A stretch of 63,493 nt of DNA, the filler included, from Olpidium bornovanus S191 (lineage: Eukaryota; Fungi; Olpidiomycota), in assembly GCA_017911155.1 (NCBI GenBank). It is 28 parts of 28 records of this genome, joined end to end, with 100 filler letters (N's around TTAATTAATTAA, not from the genome) between each part and the next. Parts side by side here need not be neighbours in the genome. Positions count along the whole stretch, not along the records: positions 1 to 1,860 come from JAEFCI010012794.1; positions 1,961 to 3,399 come from JAEFCI010013114.1; positions 3,500 to 4,623 come from JAEFCI010002631.1; positions 4,724 to 5,804 come from JAEFCI010013442.1; positions 5,905 to 8,953 come from JAEFCI010003572.1; positions 9,054 to 10,104 come from JAEFCI010004389.1; positions 10,205 to 12,199 come from JAEFCI010001980.1; 21 more parts are not named here. One strand, written 5' to 3'. Positions 1 through 12,165 of the stretch are shown here, piece after piece. Each line of letters begins with the position of its first letter. Position 1 is the first letter of the stretch. The notes under the pieces were generated by a model. It was not told the DNA's origin. It was given only the letters and a program-made list of their open reading frames with translations, and made no database searches. The position numbers were made by a program, and so were the translations under genes.

Positions 1-51
1 CACGAAATCGCCGACGACGGACGACCAAGCGAGAAATGCATCCTTCAAGCA

Positions 52-561
52 CTACAGTACAGGCCTGGTGTAACGGGAGAGACGTCCAAATTGCGATCTC
101 AGTTACCAGGACCTGTACATGGCTTTCATCGGGAGAATTTCGGTGCCGCAGCTGCAGAAATGGGCACAGAGTGTGCTTCGGTCATGCGCCTACAACGATT
201 CTGTTTGTCGACCGTAGCCTAGACATCCGTAACGCCATACCCATGTGCTGCCACTGGACCGCATGTACATAATTGTGAAATAAGATCGATCAAAATTGGA
301 TTCCGTCTCTGAGCATCGGGCGGTGGAGCACACTCACAATTGCAATAACACCGTTTTCCGAAATCTGACCTTCTCCAAATGTATAACATTGTGACTTTGC
401 AGTCGGCGAGACTCCGTCTCATTGCAGTTTGGGTGATTTTTGGCTATACCCGTTACCGTGACGCACAGGGTTCGTGCTGTCGAGGGCAGACGCGCTTGCG
501 ACGCGGCAGAAGCAGCCGAGGTATATCTATTGCTTTGCGAGCCGCCCCTGGTTTGGCGCAC
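52..561 (-). CDS. Hypothetical protein, possible 3' exons
   Basis: A phase-consistent GT-AG chain can be built (...NVIHLEK|RRNPILIDLISQLCTCGPVAAHG|CGTEILPMKAMYRSW|PVL*). No recognisable domain. Confidence 0.25.
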
Positions 562-1965
562 CTTCCGGAGGTAATGCTCGATGCTGGGAAATCATTCAGA
601 GCACGGCTTTCAATTTTCATGGAAGGGTTTAAATATGGATACAGGGGGGATACAGGGGAAGAACAGGAACTAGTGCGCGCGATGCGTTCACGGCTCGGCT
701 TCCCCTTTCTACTCCACTATTTTCCACAACGGCGGGTAGCGGGCAGGGGGAGGTGCGGAGGACAGGCTTCTTTTTATGCCCCTTCCCCGCAGGGAGCGCC
801 TCCGTGCGCTAGGCCGATCGCCGAGGCCGCTAAGTCTTTGAGAAGCTGCATGTCAGCACGGCTTTAGTCTTCGACAAGCCGGCGCCTCTGGGGCGCCGGA
901 GGTGGTGGCAGTACCGCCTGATACGGCAAGGAGCGGGCGCTTCCAAGGATCGACTGCCGACTACTCTCCTGCTCCCGGTGTCAGTGATCGGGAGAAAAGA
1001 ACGTTTTCTTGGCGAGGACAAACATTTGGCAGCGGATTTTGGACAATTCTGTTCCAAAAACAAATTGTCTTTAGACGCAGGTTGAGCGCACAGTGTGGGC
1101 GTTGACGGGCCCTTCTGGCGGCAATATTTGTGCTCGGCCGAGGTTCTTGCTGACACGGAGTTGCAGGACCGTTTGCTCTTAACTGCTCCCTGCTTCCCAT
1201 CCGTCCCCTTCCATTTCCTGCCCTCGGCCATTTCGACGGCGCCTTGCGTTGTTGACGGCCGGCCGGAAAGCTTCCACCCTCAAACTGGAAAGCTTCCCGC
1301 GTCCCCGCAAACAACGCGGGAAGGGCAGGAGCGAAGCGCGGGCGGGGTGGGGCGGGGCCCCGGGGGTGGGGTAGAGGCAGGCGTCATGCCGCCAATTCCA
1401 ACGGCCCCGATTACCTCCGAGTTGGAGCGCACTTCAGCGGACGGCGCCACGGAGGCGGCGGAAGGCGCGGTTTCGAAACCGCGCGCGCCGGCGCCTCTCC
1501 AGCTCGGCTCAGGAGCGGACAAGTTGCCGCTGCTCGTGTCGAGTGCGGCGGAGCTCGGCCGCCACCGTTGGAACCACGACGACGACGGCGACGAGCTGTC
1601 CGTGTCCTCGTCCGTGGACTGCCCCGCCCAGAGGTCTCTCAGCAGCCTGACTCCCCGGAGCAACTCACCGGCGAAGAGCGGCAGTCGCGCTCCGCCTTCG
1701 CTGCTTGTTGACGCCACCGGAGCCGAAGGCGCCGCTAAATCCGCTCGTGGTGCGCCGCCGGACCCCTCCATCCCGACGGTGACCGGAGGCCGGAGGCCGT
1801 CGACGAATACGTTCGCCTTTTTGAGCGGGCCTCCATGGACGACTTCCAGACACGGCGGGGNNNNNNNNNNNNNNNNNNNNNNNNNNNNNNNNNNNNNNNN
1901 NNNNTTAATTAATTAANNNNNNNNNNNNNNNNNNNNNNNNNNNNNNNNNNNNNNNNNNNNAAAAA

Positions 1966-2038
1966 TGGGCCGACCGAGGGTCGAACTCGGGACCTTCCCT
2001 ATCCCGGAGGGACGCTCTACCAACTGAGCTATCTGCCC
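1966..2038 (-). tRNA. tRNA-like gene, nominal anticodon GGG (Pro), atypical
   Basis: The reverse complement GGGCAGA TA GCTC AGTTGGTA GAGC G TCCCT CCGGGAT AGGGA AGGTC CCGAG TTCGACC CTCGG TCGGCCC A folds as a 73-nt cloverleaf with A-box and B-box, followed directly by a TTTTT Pol III terminator. It has an A5:G68 mismatch and C33. Confidence 0.85.
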
Positions 2039-2049
2039 TATTCACCAGG

Positions 2050-2449
2050 TGTCTGGCTCGCCCTGCGAAGCCATTCCAACAGCTGGCGCCAAGGGGGCCG
2101 GTGGGGGGGGGGGGGGGGGGGGGCCGTTCGGCGCCGGGGGGGGGGCGGGGGCCGAAGGCGCCCGGGGGGGGGGGGGGGGGGGGGGGGGGGAGGCGAGGTA
2201 TAAAATGCAGCACTGCTCCGTACTCTGCGCACCGCCGCTATCCCCGCTTTCTACTCAAGTCAAGCTGCACTTCTCGCTGGAGGTGGGTGTCTACTTATGA
2301 TGGTTGCTATGTCAAAGTCGCGCTTTTTCAGTCGGTGTCTGTCCGACATGATTGCCATGTCAAAGCCGCTGCTGCTGGGCTCGGCGCGAGTCCCGGCGCT
2401 GCAGGGGACGTGCTCGTGTTGCTTTCGGGGTACGCGTTGACGCGGGACA
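2050..2449 (+). mobile_element. LTR-like sequence (TGTC...GACA) followed by a PBS-like TGGCGGAGGG
   Basis: TGTC at 2050 and GACA at 2446-2449; TATAAAA at 2199-2205; TGG starts 1 nt after the CA. No TSD is visible, and an alternative end at 2348 is possible. Confidence 0.4.
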
Positions 2450-2804
2450 CTGGCGGAGGGCCCTGGTGCAGTGCTCCTAAGTTGGCGGTACGGTTCGGAC
2501 GGCACAGGTACGGCCTTGGCAGGGTCGGAGACTTGTGCGGTGGCCTAGCAGGGGGGTGGAGAAAATGGCAGCAGGCAGCACCCGGGGCGGGACGCCGCAC
2601 CAGGTAGCGTCATTTTGCTTGGGGGCGCATTCTTTCTCTTCGCATGTGGACTCTTCGCATCTTCGTATCTTGCGCTTCACTCCGCACTCTCTTTTTTTAT
2701 TATCCTTTTTTTCAATTTTTTTTTATTTTTTTGTTTTTTTTTTTTTTTTTGTTGAAACCTTCTACCAGTTCATCACGATCCGGGGCCTGGGTTCTGACCC
2801 GGGT

Positions 2805-3399
2805 TTAAGCTCTGTTTGCCAAGGTAAGGGCTTTGTGGAAATCTGCAACTGCTTGGCGTGCATTTTGGAAATTTCCCTCCTCCGCCCATGTTGCTTTGGC
2901 CTTGTCATATCCAAGCCATTGGACAAGGTACTGTGTCTTCTTGTGCCTGGTCCTTTGGCCAATTATTGCCTCCACTTCATATTCTTTGTTTGCATCTGCT
3001 TTGGGTCGATTGACATGTCTTTTTTCTCCAGGGTCACTATAAGGACGAAGAAGGGAGATGTGGAAGACCGGATGAAAATGAAGGCGAGCCGGAAGTTCGA
3101 GCTTATAGTTGTCATTCCCTGGGATTCCAATAGTGGAAATGGCCCAAGAAAAAGCGCCGTTTATTTTTTTTGCAAGCAGTTTTTCCTCTTGCGCCTGGAG
3201 GCCTTCTCGGAGGAGAAGGACTTGGTCACCCACTTGCAAGTGGAGGGTTCGGCGTTGGGCGTTGTACCCCTTGGCTTGTTGTATCTGCGCGTCTTTTAGC
3301 GCCGCCTGGGCTTGTGTCAGAGTTGCAGATAGTTGAGCCAAGGGCGTGTTCTTTCTGATGCTGTCTAGCCCGCGAAGGTCGGTTCCAAGTGCAAGCATG
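2805..3399 (-). mobile_element. Ty3/gypsy chromovirus Pol C-terminus (integrase tail plus chromodomain), 5'-truncated by the contig end
   Basis: Integrase tail VGDQVLL...YKLELPARLHFHPVFHISLLRPY, then chromodomain EYEVEAIIGQRTRHKKTQYLVQWLGYDKAKATWAEEGNF. Confidence 0.93.
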
Positions 3400-3500
3400 N
3401 NNNNNNNNNNNNNNNNNNNNNNNNNNNNNNNNNNNNNNNNNNNTTAATTAATTAANNNNNNNNNNNNNNNNNNNNNNNNNNNNNNNNNNNNNNNNNNNNC

Positions 3501-4186
3501 ATGCTTGCTGCGGACAACGGGCAGCACACGGACTACTCGGACTTGGCCGACGCCGAAAGAAAAGGAGGGGCGGGGTTCCCGATCTTGCACTCGAGCCCGA
3601 TGGCGAATTTCGGATCCAGCAAGAGTAGGTGCCTTTGTTGGCCGCCGGGGCGCCGTCGCTGTCATATATATCCGCCGTATTACGTCACCCTTGACTTCGG
3701 CGTCATACCTCAGCCGGTCCCATGAGCGAGGGGTGCTTCGCGTACAAGATTTTCCCAAACTACCAGTACGCCACGCTGGAGATCACTTACCCCACGCAGG
3801 GCGACGTTAACGGCACCGGCGGGGACGGGACTCCGGTGTGCTACTCCTACAAGGGCTGGGTGGCCGGCGAGTCGGATTCGGAGGTCCCGCAGATCTCGGC
3901 AGGCGGGTGCATAACGCCGGGTAACCCCTCGTGGGTCGTTCGCGGCTTGCCGGACGGAGGGCGGGGCAAGTGCGAGATCCCGCTGTGGCCTGCATGGGTT
4001 ACGGCAGTCGTCGTCGTCGCGAGCGTGGCCGTGCTCTGCGCGGCGGGCGTAGCGGTCTACTGCGCCGGCGTCAAGAAGCACTGGTGGGCCGCCGCAAGGT
4101 ACAGAAGCGTGGGCACCAAATCCCCGAGGAGGCGGCGGGAAGACACCGCGCTGCGCGACTTCGCAGGCGTCCAGGAGCAGCCCTGA
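3501..4186 (+). CDS. Uncharacterised single-pass (type I-like) membrane protein, partial
   Basis: Cys-containing ectodomain-like region, hydrophobic stretch WVTAVVVVASVAVLCAAGVAVYCAG and a basic cytosolic tail. A probable intron at about 3624-3713 links the two frames. Confidence 0.55.
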
Positions 4187-4558
4187 GCTGCAACATCGCG
4201 GCGGATCGGGGCCTGCGGGGTTGCTGTGCGGCGCCCGAATTATTTTCTTATGTCCCCTTATTGTGTCACGATGAACTTCCACGATATTTTCCATCCTGCT
4301 GCTTTCCGCCTCCTCGCATGATATACCATGCTCCATTTTCGCATCTTGCATTTCCGCCCCACTCCCTCCCCCCCCTCTCTCTCATTCTTCCATGGCTTGT
4401 GCCGCATGTTTTTTTTCCCCGCAGAATCCGACTTTGGGAGATGCATACAGTTAGTAAGGGGCACGGGGGGGTCTGCACCTTAGAGACGAAGAACTCCTGG
4501 ACCGTTCACCCACGGTACCGAATATCGTATATGAAATCGTGGTGGGCAAACCGCACGC

Positions 4559-4596
<38 letters not shown>

Positions 4597-4801
4597 CCCC
4601 CCCCCCCCCCTTCTCCGCTCCACNNNNNNNNNNNNNNNNNNNNNNNNNNNNNNNNNNNNNNNNNNNNTTAATTAATTAANNNNNNNNNNNNNNNNNNNNN
4701 NNNNNNNNNNNNNNNNNNNNNNNCTCCCCGTCAACACGCGAAACGAAAAAAAAAAAAAAAAAGAAAGAAAGCGATTGGGCGCGAGCGAATCGAAAAAAAG
4801 A

Positions 4802-4841
<40 letters not shown>

Positions 4842-4982
4842 ACAAAAACCAATTAAAGGGCCAGTTTTATTTTTATTTGTTTGTTTGTTTGTTTGCGTCA
4901 GCTGTTTCGGCTTTCCTCGAAAACGCTGCCGGGGGCAGAGGGGAAAAAAAAAAATCAGAGAAAACGGCGACGCGCGACTTAC

Positions 4983-5489
4983 AGATGAGTCCGCACGCGT
5001 ACACGTCGACCTTTTCGGTGTAGCTGGGGTTGGATGCCCACATCTCGGGCTGCCGGTGGAGGGATTTGGCGTTTGGGAAGGAGGCGGGGGGTTGGGTGTG
5101 GTCAGATCTCTCGGCAGGGCGAAAAAGATGAGAGAACCACCCCGCTTCCGCCAGCGAACGGGGAAGGGGGGGTGTGTGTGTGTGTGGGAGGAGGAAAGGG
5201 GGTGAATGGGAAGAGGGGTGAGGGTTTCAAACAAAACAAAAAAAAAACTCACGGCTTGCCAGTTGGGTGTTCCGCACTGCGTGTGCAGCAGGGTGCTGGC
5301 CTTTGGGACGATGCGCGCAAGCCCGAAGTCGTTGATCTTCGCGCGCTGGCTGCGCGAAACAAGGATGTTCTGCGACTTGAGGTCCCTGTGGATGATGCCC
5401 GGGCGCCGGCTGTGCAGGTACGCCACGCCGTGGGCGACGTCGTGCAGCATGGAGATCTGCTTGGCGAACGGCGGCCGCGAGGTGCGTTT
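4983..5489 (-). CDS. Protein kinase, tyrosine-kinase-like (TKL) type, internal exons
   Basis: Exon 5489-5253 has DVAHGVAYLH, IIHRDLKSQNILV, KINDFGLAR and GTPNWQA. Exon 5049-4983 has PEMW...YTEKVDVYACG. Splicing is GT-AG. Confidence 0.92.
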
Positions 5490-5904
5490 CTGGTAGGGCC
5501 AAAAAAAAAATCCCGAAAACAAAAAAAAGAAAATAAACGGTGGACGGGAAGGTTGGGAGGGAGGGGGGGGGAAGCTTCCCGTCAACACGCGAAACGAAAA
5601 AAAAAAAAAAAAAGAAAGAAAGCGATTGGGCGCGAGCGAATCGAAAAAAAGAGGACAAGTGCGCCGGGGAGAAAAGGTACAAACCATGCGAGGCGACCGG
5701 TGGTAGCAATTGAGGAGAAGGGCGCGGCCTTCGTGTAGTGCTGTGAGATTTTTCTCGGTGTTTGTCGCTCCGAAGCCCTTCGCGGTACTCGCCCCGCACA
5801 CATANNNNNNNNNNNNNNNNNNNNNNNNNNNNNNNNNNNNNNNNNNNNTTAATTAATTAANNNNNNNNNNNNNNNNNNNNNNNNNNNNNNNNNNNNNNNN
5901 NNNN

Positions 5905-8900
5905 AACATGGTGGTGGCTCTGAAGGAGATTTCCATCCGGGGCGACTTCCGCACCACGGTCGAGTACCTCATCAAGTTGCTGCAGACCGAAGACTTTGAG
6001 AAAAACACGATCAACACCGGCTGGCTGGACACGCTCATCTCGGCCCGCCTCACCGCCGAACGGCCGGACAGCACGCTGGCGGTCGTCTGCGGAGCGGTTT
6101 ACAAGGCGCACGAGCAGTCCAAGAGGTCCGTCGTGGAGTACAAAAACGGACTCGCGAAGGGAAAAGTGCCGCCCAAGGACGTCCTGCGGACCTCTTTCAC
6201 GGTCGAGATAATTTACGACAAAATAAAGTACAAATTTGCGGCGATGCAGCTCTCCCCAGACTCGTACGCTCTCTTCCTCAACGGCCGCAAGGTGGAGGTG
6301 GCGGTGCGGAACCTGCCGGACGGCGGGCTCCTCATCCTCCTGGACGGCACCAGCCACACGGCATACTTCCGCGAGGAGGTCGGTGCGACCAGGATGATGG
6401 TCGACGGCAAGACATGTCTCCTCGAAGCCGAAAATGATCCGACGCAGCTGCTGAGCCCCAGTCCCGGTAAACTGGTGCGGCAGCTCGTGAATTCCGGAGA
6501 CAGCGTCAAGGCCGGAGAATCCTACGCCGAGATCGAAGTCATGAAAATGTACATGTCTCTGACGGTCACCGAGGACGGCGTTATCCACTTTATGAAGCAA
6601 GTTGGCCAGAGCCTAGAAGCCGGAGACCTCATCGGTGAGCTCGGCCGAAGGCGTTTTTTTTTTTGGAAGAATGCGTGGAGGAAAAGCTCACTAACGCAAC
6701 GCTCGTCCAGGCGTCCTTACGCTTGATGACGCCTCAAGAGTGCAGTTTGCGAAGCTGTTCGAAGGACAACTGCCGGACATGGGACCGCCGTGCGCCGTCG
6801 GCGACAAGGTCCACCAGCGCTTCCGGCATGCGCTGCGTTCCCTGCAGCTGATCCTCGACGGTTACGAGAACGTCGGACAGTTGAAGCCGAGCATCGCGGC
6901 GCTGGTTGAAACGATGCGCGATGCCGATCTCCCGTTCCTTGATTTCCAAGAGGTCTTTTCCACTGTTTCCGGCCGAATTCCGCACTCGTTGCACGAGCAG
7001 CTCGAAAGGATCCTCGGAGGATCCAGAAAACGCTCGACGGGGGAAGCGATCGAATTTCCCGCTGCTGCGCTCCGGAAGCTCCTGGAGGACTACCCGAAAG
7101 AATCTCATATGAAGCTGGCGGACTTGCCGGTTTACCGAAACCACATCGCGCCCCTGTCAGAGGTCATCGAACGGCACGCGGGCGGTTTGGCCGGCCACGA
7201 ACGGGCAGTGGTCAACGACTTGCTTGACCGCTTCATTGACACCGAAAAGCCATTCTGTCGTTCGGATGACGAGAAGGTTATTCTGGATATCAGGGAACGC
7301 CACAAGAACGACGTGGATTACGTCATCGGGGTCGTCCTGTCGCATTCAAACATCGCTACGAAGACCGCACTCGTCCTGTCGCTCCTAAATCACGTTCAGC
7401 ACCACACACCGCAGCCATTTGACAACAGCTACGTTTCTTCTTTGAGGCGGCTTGCACAGCTCCGCGGCCGCGGCCACATCGACGTGGCCCTCCGTGCCCG
7501 CGAGATCTTGATCCACTCCCAGCTGCCTGCGTACGATGAAAGGATGGAGCAGACGGAGAAGATCCTGGTGAACGCGACGACGGTGAACGTCTACGGAGGG
7601 GGGGTCGAGTTTCGGCTGCCCGCCTTGGATTCCATCCGGGACCTCATCCGGACCCACCACCTCGTCTTCGATGTGCTGCCGAACTTCTTTTCCCCCCCCA
7701 GCGAATACGCGTGCCTGGCCGCGCTGGAGGTCTACGTCCGCCGCGCCTACAACGCCTACCACGTCATCAGCCTCCGGCATCGGCTGGCCGAGAAGCCCTT
7801 GGTCGTGGACTGGCTGTTCGTCCTGAAAAACCGCGCCGTGGCGCCCAACGGCGGCCAGACGAAGCGGGTGGCGAGCATCTCCGACCTCGGGTACCTCGTG
7901 CCGGCCAAGAGCAACGTGCCCCGCCACGGCGCCATGGGCGCCTGCGCCTCGTTGGAAGAGGTCCCCGCCCTTCTTCTCCGCCTGTTGCGCGTTTTCAAAG
8001 AGCGCCAGCGGGACGAAGAGGAAGAGAAAGAGTCCGCCAACGTGATCAACATCGCGCTGAAGGTTCCCGAAAGTTCCCCCGCGGATGACGCGACCTGGGT
8101 GTCCCAGTTCGGCGAGATCGTCGACCGGTTCAGGGAAGACCTGTCGTCGTGTCACGTCCGCCGCGCCACGTTCCTGATATTCCGGAGCGGGCAGTTCCCG
8201 GGGTTCTTCACTTTTCGGGAGCAGGACGGCTACCGGGAAGACCGGACCATCCGCCACGTCGAGCCCGCCCTGGCGTACCAGCTGGAGCTGTCCCGGCTCT
8301 CCAACTTCAACCTGGAGCCGGTTACCGTGAAAGACCGCCAGCTCCACATCTATTTCGGCGTTGGCAAGGAAAACCCGTCGGACGTGCGGTTCTTTGTTCG
8401 CGCGATGGTCCGGACCGGCAGGCTGCGCGAAGGTATCTCGCCGGAGGACTACCTGATCTCCGAGTCTGACCGCCTGCTGAACGACGTCCTGGACAATCTC
8501 GAGGTCGCCTCGTCCATCCGCAAGAACTCGGACTGCAACCACCTGTTCGTCAATTTCATCCCGGCTTTCGTGCTGACCGTCGCACAGATCAAGAGCGCGC
8601 TCAGCGACTTCATCCAGCGGCACGGGAAGAAGCTCTGGCGGCTGCGCATAACGGGCGCGGAAGTGAGGCTGGCGATCCAATCGCACGCGGACGCCCATCC
8701 GATCCCGATCCGGTGCATCATCTCGAACGTGTCCGGCTACGTCCTCCGGATGGACACCTACACCGAGACATTGAACGGCAAGGGCGTGCGGGTGCTGCAG
8801 AGCATCAACCCCGGCTCGCCCGGCGCGATGCACATGAAGCCCGTCTCGACGCCGCACCCGACGAAGGAGCTCCTCCAGCCCCGGAGGTACAAGGCGCACC

Positions 8901-8953
8901 TGATGGGAACCACCTACGTCTACGATTTCCCGGAGCTTTTCAGCCAGGCGGTG
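5905..8953 (+). CDS. ACC1: Acetyl-CoA carboxylase, internal fragment (end of BC, BCCP, central domain, start of CT)
   Basis: Biotinylation motif IEVMKMY; RGDFRTTVEYL; central regulatory-loop motif RVASISDLGYLV; LQPRRYKAHLMGTTYVYDFPELF. Intron 6635-6710 has GTGAG, a CTAAC branch and CAG. Confidence 0.98.
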
Positions 8954-9053
8954 NNNNNNNNNNNNNNNNNNNNNNNNNNNNNNNNNNNNNNNNNNNNTTA
9001 ATTAATTAANNNNNNNNNNNNNNNNNNNNNNNNNNNNNNNNNNNNNNNNNNNN

Positions 9054-10104
9054 ACTTTTATCTTGCTGAACGCTCCGTGTTCCAAGATAGCCAGCTCTTG
9101 CGCTAAATGAACCGGGTCAAGCCCAGAGAGCGGCGCCGCCCCGTCCTTTTCCTCAGATACTTTAAGCGTCATGGAAGGCAGGGACTTCGCCCTGCAGTGA
9201 CTGATAAAGCTCGGCCGGCTTTTTGTGCCAGAAAAAGACGGGAGGAATGGGCGGTGTGTCGGCCTGACAGGCGACGGCAGCAAATTCGCCGCATCGCACA
9301 TCTCTTCGATTTTCAGCACGCACGCAGAATCTGATTTTGGTATGCGCAGAGTGCGCGCCGTCAGCGGCATCAACATGAAGTCCTTCGCCGGCCGCGGAAC
9401 CTGCCAAGCAGTTTCCGCGTCCGAAAGCTTTTGGAGAACGTTCCTGCCAAATGACGAAAAGTTCTCGTCCGGCAGCACAATGGTTTCGAGAAACAGCCAG
9501 AGCACCTCCAGTGCACTGCTGACGCCCAGGCATATATCAGCATCGGCGTAACCACAGTCGCGTTTGGCCCCAGAGCGTGAGAAGTCCCCCGGTCGAGAAT
9601 CGACCCATCGCTTAATGAATCCAATCACGCGAAACTGGATTGCTCGGTCCCAGCCGTCCCGGCTTGCAGCAGCAGTTGCGTTTGTCCACACGCCTCCAGG
9701 GCGTTTACATGCGCCGGCCAAATGTGTGTCGCCTGCCTCTTTGCCACCCTCAGCCTCCCAGCTATCCTCGTGTTTCTGGCTGCCGCTTTCTCCAGGGCGC
9801 GGCCCCGCCGCTGCCGTCGTCCTCATCGGGGGGAGAACACATTTGCCCTGGACGCACTCAGCAATCGACATCGAGGCATTGAGGTAGCGGATCACCAGCA
9901 GCCGGGCAACGTCCAACGCCGTGGTAAAGTACTGGTAGGTTCTGAGGAAGTCGTCTGCAAAATCATGGTCCGGTTCGCCCTCGCATGCAAGGAAGTGGAT
10001 GAGGGCCGGCAGCGTCGCGCTGTGTATTACGCGACGACCGGTGGCGGGATCGACCACCTTTTTGCACTTGACAGCAGTCTGGCCACTTGGCCACAGCACT
10101 CCAG
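9054..10104 (-). CDS. RasGEF (CDC25-family) protein fragment: REM domain and start of the catalytic domain
   Basis: SATLPALIHFL...DFADDFLRTYQYFTTALDVARLL, RVIGFIKRWV, LDPVHLAQELAILEHGAFSKIK. Confidence 0.88.
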
Positions 10105-12048
10105 NNNNNNNNNNNNNNNNNNNNNNNNNNNNNNNNNNNNNNNNNNNNTTAATTAATTAANNNNNNNNNNNNNNNNNNNNNNNNNNNNNNNNNNNNNNNN
10201 NNNNAAGGCCAGCGGCGTAATTCTCCGCCGGTCTTGGGCAGCGAAGACGATTTCGGATGCCTTCCTTGAAAGTCTGCCCGGTCAAGGATCTTCTCGTCAC
10301 CTGCGGCGGCACAATCCTCAACATGATATCGCCAAAACCTCGTTGCACGGGCTATTCGTTCCTGTCAGACGGCCAGGCCACTCCAGCCCGGGGCGCCCGC
10401 GGCTAACGGCGGTATGGACCCGATTGCCCACCCCGCAACGCCGCGTGGGCGGCCGTACTCCTGCAAGCAGCGTTTCTGCGCTCGACAAAAAGGGTGCCAG
10501 AGTCACGGGCGCGCGTGGGAGGGGGCTGCCTGGCTGGCATCGCACAGCCGCTGCCCCGCGGCCGAGTTGATCTGAGAACCCACATCAAATGAACCGGCTG
10601 CCGCCGCGCAGGTTCGATCGAGCGACTTCTTCCCCCGCACAAAGGAAGTAGGGTGGCCGCGCGGCCTCGACGTCAAGACTCTCCATGAACGGAAAATTTT
10701 GCGCATCCTCGGAATGTCAAATACAACGGCGCTCGACCGGCTCCACGCTTTACTTTCTGCCTTCTGGCCTGTGAACGTTACGTTGCAAATGCGAAAGTTG
10801 CGCGAGGAGGCCATGGCGCGCGTCCGGTGGGGTAATGGGTGAGGGGACGCGCTTTACGGCTACTTCGGCGCGGAGCGGAGGAGGGGCGGCGCCGGAAGGG
10901 GCGTAAAGACGCGTTTATCGGTCGGCGAAGAGTCAGCGACTGCCGGGGCAGGCGGGGAAGCAGAGGGCTCTTTTCGCCGGCGTTCTTTCGGTCCGGCGGG
11001 GGCGAGTTTTTTCCTTGACCCGACGCGCAACAAAATAGGAGCGGAGCACCCAAGCGCGAATCAAAGCTCGTTCGCGCGCGAAAATCCCCCGCAAGCTTCC
11101 CCGCCCGGTTTCCTGTTCTGACCGCACTGGGCCTACCGGACCCCCGGGCGACAGCGGGAGGATCGTGTCGAGAGCTGCCGAAGTCGCAGCCGTAGAGAAC
11201 CCGGGCCCAGCGATCGCTCGAGCGACTGCGGCCCATTCTCTCCCTCTCCGCGGAAACCAAGACGTCAATTTCCAGGGCGGCTGGTCAGACGAGAAACGTC
11301 CACTGGGCGAGAGAGCATACGGCGAAAGCGGCTGGTCTTGCCTGCCGGGGGTGGGGGGGGGGGGGGGTATCACAGGCGGAGAAACAGGCGACACTTAGAA
11401 AGACCCTCCAGATTTCGCGGAAACTCGCGGGCCGGGAGACAGGTACGGCGGTCATCACAATCCCCCGCGACGGCTCCTGTGATGCGCGTATTACTACATA
11501 GGATCAGTGAGTGGCGTGCCGGCCCTCCCGCAACTAAAATCTTGCAACTTCATAAGAGCTAGAAACACGGAAAGGAGTAGGGGCGGGGTGCGTGTGGCAG
11601 AGGGCATTTTTCGACAGTAAAATGCGACCAATCGCCAATCGTGGCAAATCTGGTCACTGCCGCTAAGCGATTGCATCGATTACCCCGCCTCCAGCCCGCA
11701 AAGTAGTGTACACAACTTTTTTTTTTGCGATAAACCGAATCTGTTGCAAACCGGGAGGGTCCCTCGAAGCCAGCTGCCGGCGCAGGAGGAGCAGACCCGC
11801 GAGCTCGGCAACCTTTCTGACATCCAGCCCGATGCACTGCGAACGGTGCCAGTTCCTGCGTTTTCTGAGAGCGGGGACGAAAAAATGGAACAGCCCATTC
11901 GAAGGGGGCGGCCGGGAGGTGTGGCGGGGGGGGGCGGGGAAAGAGGGGGTTTTTGCCGCCCGATCGGACGCGTCTCTGTCAGTCGCGTCGAACTTTTGCG
12001 CTGCGAAGGGTGGGGGGGGAGGGGCGAAATTCCAAAAATGCGCATACG

Positions 12049-12089
<41 letters not shown>

Positions 12090-12125
12090 CCCCCCCCCCC
12101 CCCCCCCCCCCCCGGGAAAAAAAAA

Positions 12126-12165
<40 letters not shown>

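Noticed and set aside
144-176. CxxCx6C resembling half of a Zn2Cys6 cluster
   Set aside because: The first half of the motif is missing, and the opposite strand gives a better spliced model.
1905-1916. Recurrent TTAATTAATTAA palindrome as a biological repeat
   Set aside because: Always centred in a 100-nt N spacer; it is an assembly linker.
4724-4802. About 75-bp direct repeat of 5576-5652 flanking the kinase exons
   Set aside because: It sits at a contig end next to poly-A and poly-G runs; most likely a mis-assembly. The duplication at 31140-31220 is similar.
7385-8899. Long antisense ORFs (also 31517-33064, 42318-43499, 12244-13572 and similar)
   Set aside because: Shadow ORFs of GC-rich genes on the opposite strand, with no motifs.
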